64,000 nucleotides of DNA, taken from positions 231,430-295,429 of the forward strand of contig CAIOAT010000013.1 in NCBI GenBank assembly GCA_903856085.1. Direction: 5' to 3'. Source of the stretch: Candidatus Omnitrophota bacterium. GTDB taxonomy: Bacteria; Omnitrophota; Omnitrophia; Omnitrophales; Aquincolibacteriaceae. Each line of letters opens with the position of its first letter. Positions within the stretch are counted from its first letter, which is position 1. Below are positions 39,666-50,110 of this stretch, piece after piece. A program made the position numbers and the translations under genes. Under the pieces are notes generated by a model, which was not told where the DNA came from, ran no database searches, and worked only from the letters and a program-made list of their open reading frames with translations.

Positions 39666-41057
39666 TTATTTACCAATGCAGAATTCCGAGAAGATCACGT
39701 CCAAAAGATCCTCGGAATAGACCTCTCCGGTCAGTTCTTTTATGGCCTCCAGGGTTACGCGAAGGTCCGGCGTCACGAACTCAAGCGACATTCTTTCTTG
39801 GAACGACTGTTCGGCTCGCCGCAAAGTTTCAAGTGAAGCTTCTAAAGCTTTTTTGTGCCGCAGCTTGGTGATCTGTTCCCCCGTTTCGGAAGTTTCCTGC
39901 TCCAAAAAATCCGCGATCTGCTGTTCCAGCTCTTTAAAGCCTTCGCGCGTCTTGGCAGAAAGATGGATGGCGGATTTATCGCCGACGAACGACTTCATTT
40001 CCTTCTCTTGGATCCGGGACGAGAGATCGGACTTGTTCAGCAACACAATCACCTTCTTGTCTTGAGGAATATGTTGAAAAACATGCCGATCGGTCTCTTC
40101 GAATGAAGCGGAGCTGTCCACTGTGAACAAAACCATATGACTTTCGTGAAGCGCATCAATCGTCCGGTCCATGCCCATCTTGTCAAGCGGATGCCCCGCC
40201 GCGGAGATCAGTCCCGCGGTATCGCGCAATCGCACAAAAAATCCGCGGATCTCGAGCGCTTCTTCCAGTTGATCGCGCGTGGTGTGCGGCAGATCGGAAA
40301 CAAGCGCACGGTCACGTTCGAGAAGCGCGTTAAAGATAGAAGATTTCCCGACATTGGGTTTTCCCACCAACGTGACGAGAATGCCCTCACGGATCAACTG
40401 ATTGCGTGCAAAGCCCGTAATGAGTGCGCTGATTTTTTCCCGGACCTTCGTGAATTGTCCCTGCATACCGTCCTTCACATCCACCGCTAGATCTTCTTCT
40501 GGAAAATCAAGATGGGCCTCCATATGCGCCAAAAGACGAATGAGCTCGTCCTTTAATTCTTTGAACGTGCGCGAAAGCGAGCCGGAAAGTTGGCGAATGG
40601 CACTATCGAGTGAGCGTTCGCTTTTAGCATGGATCAGATCGAGCACGGCCTCGGCCTGCGTGAGATCGAGTTTTCCGTTCAGGAATGCACGGCGCGTGAA
40701 TTCTCCAGGCTCAGCGTGACGGACACCCCTCCCGAGCAGGAGCGCCAGGATCTTTTTTGTGACCGCGAGCCCTCCGTGACAGCTGATTTCAATCACGTCC
40801 TGGCCTGTATAGGATTGAGGAGCGCGGAAAATACTGACCAGCACCTGGTCTACGGGGAGCCCGGCTGGGTCCATGAATTTCCCCCAACAAATCGTATTCG
40901 CCGGCCTCGAGCTCAGTTTTTTATCTTCATGCGCGACAAAGAACGGCTCGACCGCTTCGAATGCCCCTGGGCCGCTCACACGGATCACCGCAATGCCGCC
41001 CTCTCCAGCTGGAGTCGCAACCGCTGTAATCGTGTCATCTAATTCAAATTTAGTCAT
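39666..41057 (-). CDS. mnmE: tRNA modification GTPase MnmE
   Basis: DTITAVATP, SYTGQDVIEISCHGG, GEFTRRAFLNGK, GKPNVGKSS, DTAG, NKSD, FCIGK. Confidence 0.97.
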   Translation of the reverse strand: MTKFELDDTITAVATPAGEGGIAVIRVSGPGAFEAVEPFFVAHEDKKLSSRPANTICWGKFMDPAGLPVDQVLVSIFRAPQSYTGQDVIEISCHGGLAVTKKILALLLGRGVRHAEPGEFTRRAFLNGKLDLTQAEAVLDLIHAKSERSLDSAIRQLSGSLSRTFKELKDELIRLLAHMEAHLDFPEEDLAVDVKDGMQGQFTKVREKISALITGFARNQLIREGILVTLVGKPNVGKSSIFNALLERDRALVSDLPHTTRDQLEEALEIRGFFVRLRDTAGLISAAGHPLDKMGMDRTIDALHESHMVLFTVDSSASFEETDRHVFQHIPQDKKVIVLLNKSDLSSRIQEKEMKSFVGDKSAIHLSAKTREGFKELEQQIADFLEQETSETGEQITKLRHKKALEASLETLRRAEQSFQERMSLEFVTPDLRVTLEAIKELTGEVYSEDLLDVIFSEFCIGK

Positions 41058-41075
41058 AGGGCTCTCGCACAACGA

Positions 41076-42380
41076 TCATCCATCGACACGCAACGAAATG
41101 CTTTTCCGTTGCGCTGATTTTAAAATCTTTCTAGCCTCGCCTACTAAATAGAACGATCCTGTCACAACCACTCGTGCTCCGGGATCCGTTGCTTGCCTGA
41201 CGATTTTCAAGGCTTCATCGATATTCTGGGCCGTGAGAACGCATTTGAAAAGCCCTTTCGCTTCTTCAACGAGCATCGCGATAGGTTTAGCGCGATTTCC
41301 CGCGATCCCGGCCAGAATCACTTTCGGGAATAATCCGCTAGCCACCTTCAGCATCTCACGGCTGTTTTTATCATTCATAGCGCCGAACACCAGCCATAGA
41401 TCTCTTTCCTTGTTCGCACCGGATGTGGCTGAGGAAGGCCGGAGCGATCTAACAAGCTCCTTCATCGAGATCGGATTGTGCGCACCGTCTAAAATGAACC
41501 GGCGACCGCTTCGTTGAAAACTTTCCATCCGTCCTTTCCAGTTCCGGCCTCTCAGTCCTTCCTTTGATCGTTCAAGAGACAGGGAAATATCAAAATACTC
41601 CGTTAATACAGTCGCCACCTTCAAAGCAACGCCAGCATTCATCTTTTGGAAATCTCCGGCAAGCCCGATCGGAATACTGGAGACAGGTTTTGCCTTCCAT
41701 AAAGTGCCTTGGTTTGCTTTCACCGCGCGGCGGATTACGCGCAAAGCGGCCGGAAATTGTTTACCGATCACCACATGACCATGAGGTTTGATGATCGCGG
41801 CTTTCTCTCTGGCGATCTTGGTGATCGTATTACCAAGGAATGCTTCATGATCGAGGTGAATGGGTGTCAGGATCACAAGCGGCGCTTTAAGAACATTCGT
41901 CGCATCAAGTCGCCCGCCAAGCCCGATCTCAAAAATACCGACTCTGACACCTTTCTTCGCAAAGATCCAAATGGCAAGAAATGTCAAAATCTCAAAATAG
42001 GTCAGAACGCCCCATCCCTTGGGAAGAGGTTTTGTCTGAAGCCGTTTCCGGATCACAGAAAGACCTTCGGCCCAAAGTTTCGGGGAGACCATGTCCCCCT
42101 GAACGCGTATTCTTTCCCGCGGATCTTCAACATGGGGCGAGTGATAATAACCGGCCTGAACACCATTAGCTTTCAGGATGGATTCGAGAAAAAACCCGGT
42201 TGACCCTTTTCCTGTGGTGCCTGCAACCAGAATGGAGAAAAATTTTCTTTCCGGATGGCCGCCGCCTTTGAGCAAATGCTCCATTCTCCGGAGATTGAAA
42301 AATGGATTCTTGGGGAACTGCGCGAGCTTCTCGAGGTCGGTAAAGGAATTCAGATAGCGAAGAGCTTCGGAGTAGTTCAT
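41076..42380 (-). CDS. folC: Folylpolyglutamate synthase/dihydrofolate synthase
   Basis: AGTTGKGST, EIGLGGRLDATN, ILDGAHNP, TGSFYLVGE motifs. Confidence 0.93.
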   Translation of the reverse strand: MNYSEALRYLNSFTDLEKLAQFPKNPFFNLRRMEHLLKGGGHPERKFFSILVAGTTGKGSTGFFLESILKANGVQAGYYHSPHVEDPRERIRVQGDMVSPKLWAEGLSVIRKRLQTKPLPKGWGVLTYFEILTFLAIWIFAKKGVRVGIFEIGLGGRLDATNVLKAPLVILTPIHLDHEAFLGNTITKIAREKAAIIKPHGHVVIGKQFPAALRVIRRAVKANQGTLWKAKPVSSIPIGLAGDFQKMNAGVALKVATVLTEYFDISLSLERSKEGLRGRNWKGRMESFQRSGRRFILDGAHNPISMKELVRSLRPSSATSGANKERDLWLVFGAMNDKNSREMLKVASGLFPKVILAGIAGNRAKPIAMLVEEAKGLFKCVLTAQNIDEALKIVRQATDPGARVVVTGSFYLVGEARKILKSAQRKSISLRVDG

Positions 42381-42385
42381 GTTCT

Positions 42386-42449
42386 CGGGAAGCGGGAAAC
42401 GTCAAACGGGGAACGATTCGTTAACCGTTCAGCGTTTCCCGTTCCTCGC
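42386..42449. repeat. Inverted array of degenerate CG-initiated heptamers in the purH-folC spacer
   Basis: cgggaag cgggaaa cgtcaaa cggggaa ... cgttcag cgtttcc cgttcct; the two arms can pair. Confidence 0.7.
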
Positions 42450-42452
42450 ATT

Positions 42453-44030
42453 TTAATGTTTAAAATGCCGCTCGCCGGTAAAAGCCATGGCAATGCCAGC
42501 CTGATCACAAGCCGCGATCACGTCCGCGTCGCGGATCGAACCGCCGGGTTGAATGATGGCCTTGATCTTATGCTTGGCCGCCATTTCGATGGAGTCCGGC
42601 ATGGGGAAAAAAGCATCACTACCGAGCATTGCGCCTTCGGTAAGATACCCTGCTTTTTGCATCGCGATCTGGACTGAATCTACACGTGACATCTGCCCCG
42701 CTCCGATCCCGACCGTATGCTTGCCCTGTGTGAGGACAATGGCATTCGACTTCACAACTTTGGAGCACTGGAAAGCAAAGATCAGCTCCTCAGTCTCCGC
42801 CTCCGAAAGCTTGGCTTTCGTGACAAAGTTCAGTTTCTTTTTCAACCCTGCCATGTGATCCTTGATGGGCCTGTTTTTCTCTTGAACGAGAATCCCCGTA
42901 CGCAGAAATTTGACGTCATAAAGGTTTTCATCGCGAAACTGATGGACCTCGATCAGCCGGAGATTCTTCCGGGCCTTGAGAAGCTTCAGCGCTCCGGGTT
43001 TAAAAGACGGGGCGACCAACACTTCGAAAAACGCGAGCTTCTCGAGAACTTTTTCCGCGATCTTGCGATCACAACAACGGTTCACCCCTACGATCCCGCC
43101 GAAGGCTGAAAGAATATCGCCGTCGATTGCTTTGTCGACCGCCACCAAAGCCTGCGTGTCCTGCGCGATACCGCAAGGATTGTTGTGTTTGATCACACAC
43201 GCCGCCGGCGCGTTGAATTCGGCAAGTACATCGAGCGTCGCGTCGACATCCATGAGATTGTTGAAAGAAAGTTCCTTGCCATGAAGCTGGGTCCAGGAAG
43301 CCGAAGCCTTGTGGGTCGTCGGGATATAATAAGCCGCCTTTTGGTGCGGGTTCTCGCCGTACCGGAGATCCTGGGCCTTTTTGAAATGGAATACGAATTG
43401 CGGCGGCAACGCGGGTTCTTCGCTGGTCTTTTTCTTATGCTTTGCCATGAACTGACTGATCACGGCATCATAGGCAGAAGTTTTCTCGAAAACCTTTTGG
43501 GAAAGAGCGAAGCGTGTTTCGTCCGTCACGCTTCCTTTGTGCTGATCGAGTTCTTGGGCCACGCGCTCATAATCCGCCACATCCGTGATCACGGTCACCG
43601 ACTGATAGTTCTTCGCTGCGGAACGGAGCATCGAAGGACCTCCGATATCAATAAATTCTTTGGCGTCGTCCATGCTCAGGTTTCCCTTGCTCGTAGCTTC
43701 CTCGAAAGGATAGAGATTCACGACCACAAGGTCGATGGGCTTAATGCCATGCGCCTTAACTTGTTTTTGGTGGCTTTTTTTGTGGCGGAGAAAAAGAAGA
43801 CCCCCGTGGATCTTCGGGTGAAGAGTCTTCACGCGCCCGTCGAGCATTTCCGGAAATCCCGTGTAATCTTCAACCGCCATCGCTGGAACTTTGGCTTCCT
43901 TAAGGGCTTTCAAAGTGCCGCCGGTGGAGAGAATTTCCGCGCCATGCTTGCGCAGTGTTTTAGCAAAAGGAATAAGACCGGTTTTGTCAGAGACGCTGAT
44001 GAGTGCGCGGCGAACGGTATGGCGTGACAT
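42453..44030 (-). CDS. purH: Bifunctional AICAR transformylase/IMP cyclohydrolase
   Basis: RALISVSDK, GRVKTLHP, DIGGPSMLR, LRYGENPHQ, GAGQMSRVD, RHFKH. Confidence 0.98.
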   Translation of the reverse strand: MSRHTVRRALISVSDKTGLIPFAKTLRKHGAEILSTGGTLKALKEAKVPAMAVEDYTGFPEMLDGRVKTLHPKIHGGLLFLRHKKSHQKQVKAHGIKPIDLVVVNLYPFEEATSKGNLSMDDAKEFIDIGGPSMLRSAAKNYQSVTVITDVADYERVAQELDQHKGSVTDETRFALSQKVFEKTSAYDAVISQFMAKHKKKTSEEPALPPQFVFHFKKAQDLRYGENPHQKAAYYIPTTHKASASWTQLHGKELSFNNLMDVDATLDVLAEFNAPAACVIKHNNPCGIAQDTQALVAVDKAIDGDILSAFGGIVGVNRCCDRKIAEKVLEKLAFFEVLVAPSFKPGALKLLKARKNLRLIEVHQFRDENLYDVKFLRTGILVQEKNRPIKDHMAGLKKKLNFVTKAKLSEAETEELIFAFQCSKVVKSNAIVLTQGKHTVGIGAGQMSRVDSVQIAMQKAGYLTEGAMLGSDAFFPMPDSIEMAAKHKIKAIIQPGGSIRDADVIAACDQAGIAMAFTGERHFKH

Positions 44031-44865
44031 CGTGTTGAACCCTCCTCTTAAAGAAACGGTGCAGTTTTGAAGTGACGAGCCCCGGTTTCCCCGAACCGAT
44101 CACGCGACCATCCAGCTCACGGACCGGCAAAATCCCCCAGGAAGTATTGCAAAGAAAAGCTTCATCAGCATTGAAAAATTCATGCCGTGTCAGCGGAATT
44201 TCTCGAACATGAAACCCGGATTCGAGGGTGCATTTTATCACAAACCTCCGAGTCACTCCATTCAAGATTAGGTGCTCCGGCGGCGTGAAGAGCGTCGCGC
44301 CACCCTTTTCTCCAGACCCAACGAATGGGGAACGATATTTGACGAGGAAAAAGTTGCCGATGCGGGTTTCGGTCAGAAAGTTTTGGTGATCCAGGAATAC
44401 CCATTCATAGATCCTGTCCGAATGCGGTTCGGTACTCGCCAGTATCGCCTGCTGGTAGGCGGAGGCCTTGGCTTGCCAAGGGAAGGTATTCGGCCCGCCG
44501 CGCGGAAAAGACGCGGTCTTGAGAACCACTCCTTTTTTATAAAGTTCTTTCGCATGTTCCCGACTGCCCAGGATCACAAATGTCTGTCCTTCCCATAACG
44601 TCAGACGGACATAACAGTCCTTTTGCCCAAAGGCCCGAAGCGCCGCTTTCAATTCCCGCCGGAGCTCCGCCGATTCAGGAAATGGCCGGTACCCCACCGT
44701 CCTTGCCGATTCCAAAAGCCGGGAGAGATGATCTTCCTCGTGAAGGATCCGGCCGCCGTAAGCACGCATGCTCTCAAAAATGCCGACCGCTTCCGTTCGC
44801 ATGAGATCAAACGGAAGTTCTCCATTCACTTCTTTGCCGTTTTGGTAGATTTTATAGTTCATCAT
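43987..44865 (-). CDS. Aminotransferase class IV (PabC/branched-chain-like, probable aminodeoxychorismate lyase)
   Basis: GIFESMRAY, HLSRL, LNGVTR, ADEAFLCNT motifs; adjacent to the pabB-like gene and near folC. Confidence 0.8.
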   Translation of the reverse strand: MMNYKIYQNGKEVNGELPFDLMRTEAVGIFESMRAYGGRILHEEDHLSRLLESARTVGYRPFPESAELRRELKAALRAFGQKDCYVRLTLWEGQTFVILGSREHAKELYKKGVVLKTASFPRGGPNTFPWQAKASAYQQAILASTEPHSDRIYEWVFLDHQNFLTETRIGNFFLVKYRSPFVGSGEKGGATLFTPPEHLILNGVTRRFVIKCTLESGFHVREIPLTRHEFFNADEAFLCNTSWGILPVRELDGRVIGSGKPGLVTSKLHRFFKRRVQHDVTPYRSPRTHQRL

Positions 44866-46319
44866 GATTGGTATAGCGTGCGGGGTACGGAATGCGGCGA
44901 AAAGATACCCGCGCTGTACGAGGTGCGGCGCACGCCTTTCTCGGAGCTGGCAGAAACCAGCGCCGAAATAAGCGCTCTAGCCTTATGCAATGTTTCTTCG
45001 TATTCTTTTTCAGGATCTGAATCATTCACGATCCCGGCGCCCACCTGCAAATGTCCTTTGCCCTTCCGCAAGAGCATCGTCCGGATCACAATATTCAGGT
45101 CCATATCCCCGCAAAGATCGATATAACCGAGTGAGCCCGTGTAAACCCCGCGGCGCACGGGTTCCAATTCGTCAATAATTTCCATACACCGGATCTTGGG
45201 ACATCCCGTGATCGTCCCTCCCGGAAACAAGGCCTGGATCACGTCCAGCGCGTCTTTTCCTTTTTGGAGATGCCCCGTAACCTTGGAAACGATATGCACC
45301 ACGTGGGAATATCTTTCAAGCGTCATAAACTCCCGAACTTTCACGGAGCGATAGTCGCAGACACGACCGAGATCGTTGCGCTCGAGATCCACAAGCATCA
45401 AATGCTCGGCCTTCTCTTTTTCATTTTGAAGGAGCTTTTTACGCCATGCCACAAATTGCCTCGCAGGACCGTGGGCGGGGCACGTCCCTGCGATCGGCCG
45501 AGTCTCGCAAACGCGTCCCTTCTTCAGGATCAGTCTTTCCGGCGACGAGCTGACGATCTCAAGATCTCCGGTTTTCAAAAAACAGGAAAAAGGCGACGGA
45601 TTGATCGCGCGGAGCTTTCCATACAACGCCAGCGAAGAACCTTCGTAGCCGAAAGAAAAACGTTGTGACAGATTCGCCTGATAAATATCCCCAGCCGCGA
45701 TGTAGTCTTTGGCCTTTTCCACCATCGATTGAAATCGCTCTTTCGTCATCTCTGCCGTAAACTTTTTCAGCTTAAAAGGCTTCCCTTTTCTTCCTATTGA
45801 ATTTTTAAAGTAAGTTTTGATTTTTTTCGCACGCCGCACGCCGCAAGCTTTACTAGCGTTCTGCCTCGCCAAATAATAAACCTTTTTTTTGTGATCATAC
45901 ACGATCACATCCCGGAACAACGCGAAATAGACATGGGGAGCGTCTGGCGCAGGCTTCGTCCTGAATTTTATTTTGTCACAAAGGTCCGCGGCTTCGTATC
46001 CAAAATAACCAACAAATCCACCGGCAAAAAACGGACGCGCGCTTCTGGGAGAAATCTGGTATTTTTTGAGGATTTTCCTGAGCATTGGGAAAAGTTCGTC
46101 GGCAGGATATTTTCCGCACTCTTCCCCCTTTATATGAAGACCGTCTCTGTCGAGCCGAATCTCAAGAGAAGGGTCCATCCCGATATAGGAATACACCTGG
46201 TCGGGCGGCGCATAGTGGGGACTGTCCAGAAAGAAACAAGTTTGGGAATCCGCGTAAACGGCTTGAAAAACTTCCCAGGGGGTTTTGGAAGAATGGAAGG
46301 TTTCGATCACAAGGGGCAT
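44862..46319 (-). CDS. Chorismate-binding enzyme component I (PabB/TrpE family; probably aminodeoxychorismate synthase)
   Basis: GDIYQANLS, SSPERL, TRPIAGT, EHLMLVDLERNDLGRV, FPGGTITGCPK, NIVIRT motifs. Confidence 0.88.
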   Translation of the reverse strand: MPLVIETFHSSKTPWEVFQAVYADSQTCFFLDSPHYAPPDQVYSYIGMDPSLEIRLDRDGLHIKGEECGKYPADELFPMLRKILKKYQISPRSARPFFAGGFVGYFGYEAADLCDKIKFRTKPAPDAPHVYFALFRDVIVYDHKKKVYYLARQNASKACGVRRAKKIKTYFKNSIGRKGKPFKLKKFTAEMTKERFQSMVEKAKDYIAAGDIYQANLSQRFSFGYEGSSLALYGKLRAINPSPFSCFLKTGDLEIVSSSPERLILKKGRVCETRPIAGTCPAHGPARQFVAWRKKLLQNEKEKAEHLMLVDLERNDLGRVCDYRSVKVREFMTLERYSHVVHIVSKVTGHLQKGKDALDVIQALFPGGTITGCPKIRCMEIIDELEPVRRGVYTGSLGYIDLCGDMDLNIVIRTMLLRKGKGHLQVGAGIVNDSDPEKEYEETLHKARALISALVSASSEKGVRRTSYSAGIFSPHSVPRTLYQS

Positions 46320-46361
46320 AAAACATCCCAGAAACGTTCGAGGATTTCGCGGATTTTGAAA

Positions 46362-47696
46362 TTATGCTTTATGCGAATAAAAAACAAGCCCAGTAGCGAG
46401 CTTGGGATAGAAATAGGTGGATTTCTGCGGCATGCGTTCGTTCACGGCGCCCATTTTCTCGAGCATTTCGACCTTGGGCGGCTGCAGGAGAAAAACAGCT
46501 TGTGCCTCGCCCTTTTGGAGCGGTGCCACAGCCCCATCGACCGTGTGTTCGAATTTCAGGACCCCCTCCCACCGGTCTTCCGTAAGCCCAAGCAATTCAG
46601 CAAAGATCAAATGCGCGAGCACGTTCACATTAAGATCGTACCAGATTGCGGGCTTCCCTTGGATCATCTTCTTTTTAGCTTTTTCTTTATCGATCAGGGT
46701 GAGAAGGAAATTCCCCTCCTTGACCACCAACCCGAATGTCCGCCCCGCATGATCGTAGGAAGCTGTCATCTTTTTCAGTTCTGAAAGCGGGACTTTTTCC
46801 ACCTTAAAATATTCTCCGAGCCGGCGGAGGATCTCGCCATCCGTCATATCAAGTTTCGTCACGATCCGGTGCGTGGGAAGGACAATGAAACCCGGATCAT
46901 CAAAACTCACGAGGGCCATATACATATAATCGCATGGGGAAATGACCTTGCCAGAGGCCTTCTGTTCTTCCCGCTTTAACCGGGCATATTCCAGGGCGGT
47001 TTCATAACGGTGATGCCCGTCCGCGATATAGATCTTTTTGGATTGCAAGGCGTTGTGAAGTTTGACGAGAATATCCGCATCTTCGATGGCCAAAAGCTTG
47101 TGAGTTATCTTGTCATCATCTTCCGCTTCGAACACGGTCTTGGAATTCATAGGGTCCTGAATGATGACCCCGACCTGCAATCCTTCATCTTTATAAAGAC
47201 CAAATACCGGAGAAAAATTGGTTTGCACGGTTTTGAGAAGCCGCATCCGATCCGCCTTTGGGCCGCTGAGCGTTTTTTCATGAGGAACGATAATGCCTTT
47301 TTCGAACGGCTCAAGCCGGACACGCCCGAGCAGCGCGGATCGATTCTTGACGGAACCTGTCGCGGGATCCTTAAAGGTCTGGCGATATACATAGAAGCAG
47401 GGCTCCTTCTCCTGGATCAAAATGCCTTGCTCTTGCCATGCCTTGAATGCGTCGCGAGCGCGCGTATAGCTGTTACTTTGGTCGGTATCGGCGGGATCTT
47501 TCTTATTCAGAATAAGACGGATGCAATTAAACGGTGATCGGTCATAAAGTTTCTGCTGTTTTTCCGGGGAGATCACATCGTAGGGCGGCGCTAGAACGGT
47601 GGAAATATTGACACGATCCGTGTTGTAACGCCACGCCTTCAAAGGTTGGAAATCGAGATTCGCTTTTGAGGCTGTGGAAGCTTGCGGGCTGTTCAT
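46362..47696 (-). CDS. DUF1015 family protein
   Basis: APPYDVIS, PHEKT, YIADGHHRYETA, MPQKSTYFYPK; likely start MNSPQ (the longer ORF N-terminus is antisense to the GT2 gene). Confidence 0.9.
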   Translation of the reverse strand: MNSPQASTASKANLDFQPLKAWRYNTDRVNISTVLAPPYDVISPEKQQKLYDRSPFNCIRLILNKKDPADTDQSNSYTRARDAFKAWQEQGILIQEKEPCFYVYRQTFKDPATGSVKNRSALLGRVRLEPFEKGIIVPHEKTLSGPKADRMRLLKTVQTNFSPVFGLYKDEGLQVGVIIQDPMNSKTVFEAEDDDKITHKLLAIEDADILVKLHNALQSKKIYIADGHHRYETALEYARLKREEQKASGKVISPCDYMYMALVSFDDPGFIVLPTHRIVTKLDMTDGEILRRLGEYFKVEKVPLSELKKMTASYDHAGRTFGLVVKEGNFLLTLIDKEKAKKKMIQGKPAIWYDLNVNVLAHLIFAELLGLTEDRWEGVLKFEHTVDGAVAPLQKGEAQAVFLLQPPKVEMLEKMGAVNERMPQKSTYFYPKLATGLVFYSHKA

Positions 47697-47934
47697 AAGG
47701 ACGGGATAGTAGCATACGGTCTCTTCTTTGACAAGAATATCACTGCGTAGGACGTACGAAGTACGGCTCACTGACTCGCCCGCAAAGGTTTCAAGAAATT
47801 CATTACCGCACCCGCTTGTAAAAGAGTTTTTACTGAATGAAGGACAAGTGCGACAGAGAGCAAATTTTTGTTTGGGGAACGATGACGGCGTTATAAGATA
47901 GCTCCTATTATCAGACTGGGGAGACGTTTTCACT

Positions 47935-49068
47935 ATGGACGAAAAGCCAACATTAAGTGTCATTCTCCCCTGCCTCAACGAAGAGGCGGGGCTGGAGTTC
48001 TGCCTTTCCAAGATCAAGTCGGTCCTTTCACGAATGAATGTCCCCGCGGAAGTGATCGTGATCGATAATGGTTCTACGGACCGGAGCGCCGAGATCGCCT
48101 CAAAGAATGGCGCGCATGTTGTCCTGGAACCTGTCCAGGGATATGGCGCGGCCTGTGAGAAGGGTTTTGAGACCGCTCGGGGAGAATACTGCTTTCTCGC
48201 TGACGCCGATGGCACCTACGATTTTGAGGAGATCCCGAAATTTTTGGCTGCCTTTTCTCAAGGGTGGGATCTTATCATCGGGAACCGGTTCAAAGGCAAG
48301 ATCGATCCGGGGGCCATGCCCTGGTCGCACCGACATATCGGCAACCCGCTACTTTCCTCCGTGTTACGTCTGTTCTTTAAGACCAAGATCCACGACACTC
48401 ATTGCGGCATGCGGGCGATCACTAAGAAAGCTTATCAAAGCCTGTCCCTCATGACCATTGGCATGGAGTTCGCCTCGGAAATGATCGTCATGGCCTTAAA
48501 AAAAGACCTCCGGATCCTCGAACTCCCTGTCGATTACCACAAACGAAAAGGCATCTCCAAGCTGAAACGATTCTCGGACGGGTGGCGGCATTTGAGGTTC
48601 ATGCTTCTTTACAAGCCGCTTTTCCTCTTTTTTATGCCGGGGATTTTAATGCTATCTATCGGGATGATCTCGCTACCTCTTTTTTATTTTGACGCGATCA
48701 GCCTGCCCGGCATCCGTTTCTACTATCACCCCATGTTTTTTTCTTCGCTTTTTATCATCACGGGGTTTCAGCTGGTCCTTTTTTCGGTCTTTGCCAAGAC
48801 ATACGCCATCACGCATCTTGGGGACAGCCCTGTCTTAGAAAAATTCTACCGCTACATGAACATCGAACGTGCCAGTCTTCTGGGGCTGTTTGGAGTGGGT
48901 CTGGGAGGCTTCATGTATATGAAGATCTTCGTCAAATGGCTGGAGACTCACCTGGGACCGCTCAACGAGATCAAGAATTCCATCCTGGCTCTTACGCTCA
49001 TCGTCCTGGGGATCCAAACCATTTTTTCCGCGTTCATGCTTAGCATTCTAGGGATCAAACGAAAGTGA
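47935..49068 (+). CDS. GT2 glycosyltransferase (DPM1-like polyprenol-phosphate sugar synthase) with C-terminal TMs
   Basis: VILPCLNEE, DNGSTD, GYGAA, DADGTY, DTHCGMRA, GMEFASEM, DGWRHLRF. Confidence 0.9.
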   Translation: MDEKPTLSVILPCLNEEAGLEFCLSKIKSVLSRMNVPAEVIVIDNGSTDRSAEIASKNGAHVVLEPVQGYGAACEKGFETARGEYCFLADADGTYDFEEIPKFLAAFSQGWDLIIGNRFKGKIDPGAMPWSHRHIGNPLLSSVLRLFFKTKIHDTHCGMRAITKKAYQSLSLMTIGMEFASEMIVMALKKDLRILELPVDYHKRKGISKLKRFSDGWRHLRFMLLYKPLFLFFMPGILMLSIGMISLPLFYFDAISLPGIRFYYHPMFFSSLFIITGFQLVLFSVFAKTYAITHLGDSPVLEKFYRYMNIERASLLGLFGVGLGGFMYMKIFVKWLETHLGPLNEIKNSILALTLIVLGIQTIFSAFMLSILGIKRK

Positions 49069-49069
49069 A

Positions 49070-50110
49070 CTAGGAAGCTTTTCGGCAACACTCCCCCGAT
49101 GATCGGAACGCCAATTTTCCAGCGCCCCAATTCCGTATCCGGCTAAGCATCTTAAAGAATGGAACGGTCCGGAAACAACGCAAGCGAAAATCCCGAAGGT
49201 CCGCCGCGCCAGAGATCAATTGCTGGATCGCCTCCGGCTTATCCCCCAAGTATTTCGGCAGATCCTTTTTTATAAAATCAAGAATCTCGTCAAACAGCGC
49301 GTCCGGCAAAAGCAGGATTTCCCCAAAACCAAAAAGATGCTCCGGAAGTTTTTGGGGGAAATGCTTGGCGAGAAACCTCATCCTGTTCTTCAAAATAAGA
49401 ACTTGCTTCAAAGCATCCATTCTCCGAGGACCTCGAAGCCTGTGATAAACAAAACTGCGCGGCGCAAACACGATCTTATACCCGAGACTCCGCAACCGGT
49501 AATTCATATCAAGATCTTCGGAATACATGTGGAAATCCTCGTCAAAAAAACCGGCTTTCTCTAAGGCTTCCTTTTTATAGAGCGCCGAAACATTCGAAAC
49601 GCTCGTCACTTCTTCGGTTCGGGAATACTGTCCTTGATCCGCTTCTTTGAGGCCCCGGTCCCCCCAGTGGTAATGGGGCAGTTGCTCATGTCCGGCGCTT
49701 TGGATCCTTCCGTCAAAAAAAAGAACTTTGCTGCCAACGGCGCCAATGCCCTCGGAGGACTGGGCGGCACGAACGAGCTCCACCAACCAGTGCCGGTCTA
49801 CTTTCGTATCATTATTGAGCAACGCGACATATTCCCCCCGCGCTTCCCGAATTCCAAGATTATTGGCGCTACAGTAGTTATTAAGATCGTTCGCAAGAAC
49901 CCGAACCTCCGGATAGCTCCGATTGATATATTTCACCGACCCATCCGTCGAACCATTATCCACCACAAGAACTTCGCGTTTGTCCCTTGGATAATCCAGA
50001 CCCCGCAAAGAATCCAGGCATTCCTTGATAAGACGCTTTCCATTTCGGTGAACAATGATGACCGTGACGAATGGAAACGAGCCTTCCTGCTTTGGATCAT
50101 TCTTTTGCAT
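49070..50110 (-). CDS. GT2 family glycosyltransferase (rhamnosyltransferase-like)
   Basis: VVDNGSTDGS, ANNLG, LLNND, FDEDFHMYSEDLD motifs. Confidence 0.88.
   Translation of the reverse strand: MQKNDPKQEGSFPFVTVIIVHRNGKRLIKECLDSLRGLDYPRDKREVLVVDNGSTDGSVKYINRSYPEVRVLANDLNNYCSANNLGIREARGEYVALLNNDTKVDRHWLVELVRAAQSSEGIGAVGSKVLFFDGRIQSAGHEQLPHYHWGDRGLKEADQGQYSRTEEVTSVSNVSALYKKEALEKAGFFDEDFHMYSEDLDMNYRLRSLGYKIVFAPRSFVYHRLRGPRRMDALKQVLILKNRMRFLAKHFPQKLPEHLFGFGEILLLPDALFDEILDFIKKDLPKYLGDKPEAIQQLISGAADLRDFRLRCFRTVPFFKMLSRIRNWGAGKLAFRSSGECCRKAS

Noticed and set aside
47697-48215. Long N-terminal extension of the DUF1015 ORF
   Set aside because: It overlaps the divergent GT2 gene antisense; family similarity begins after the Met at 47696.
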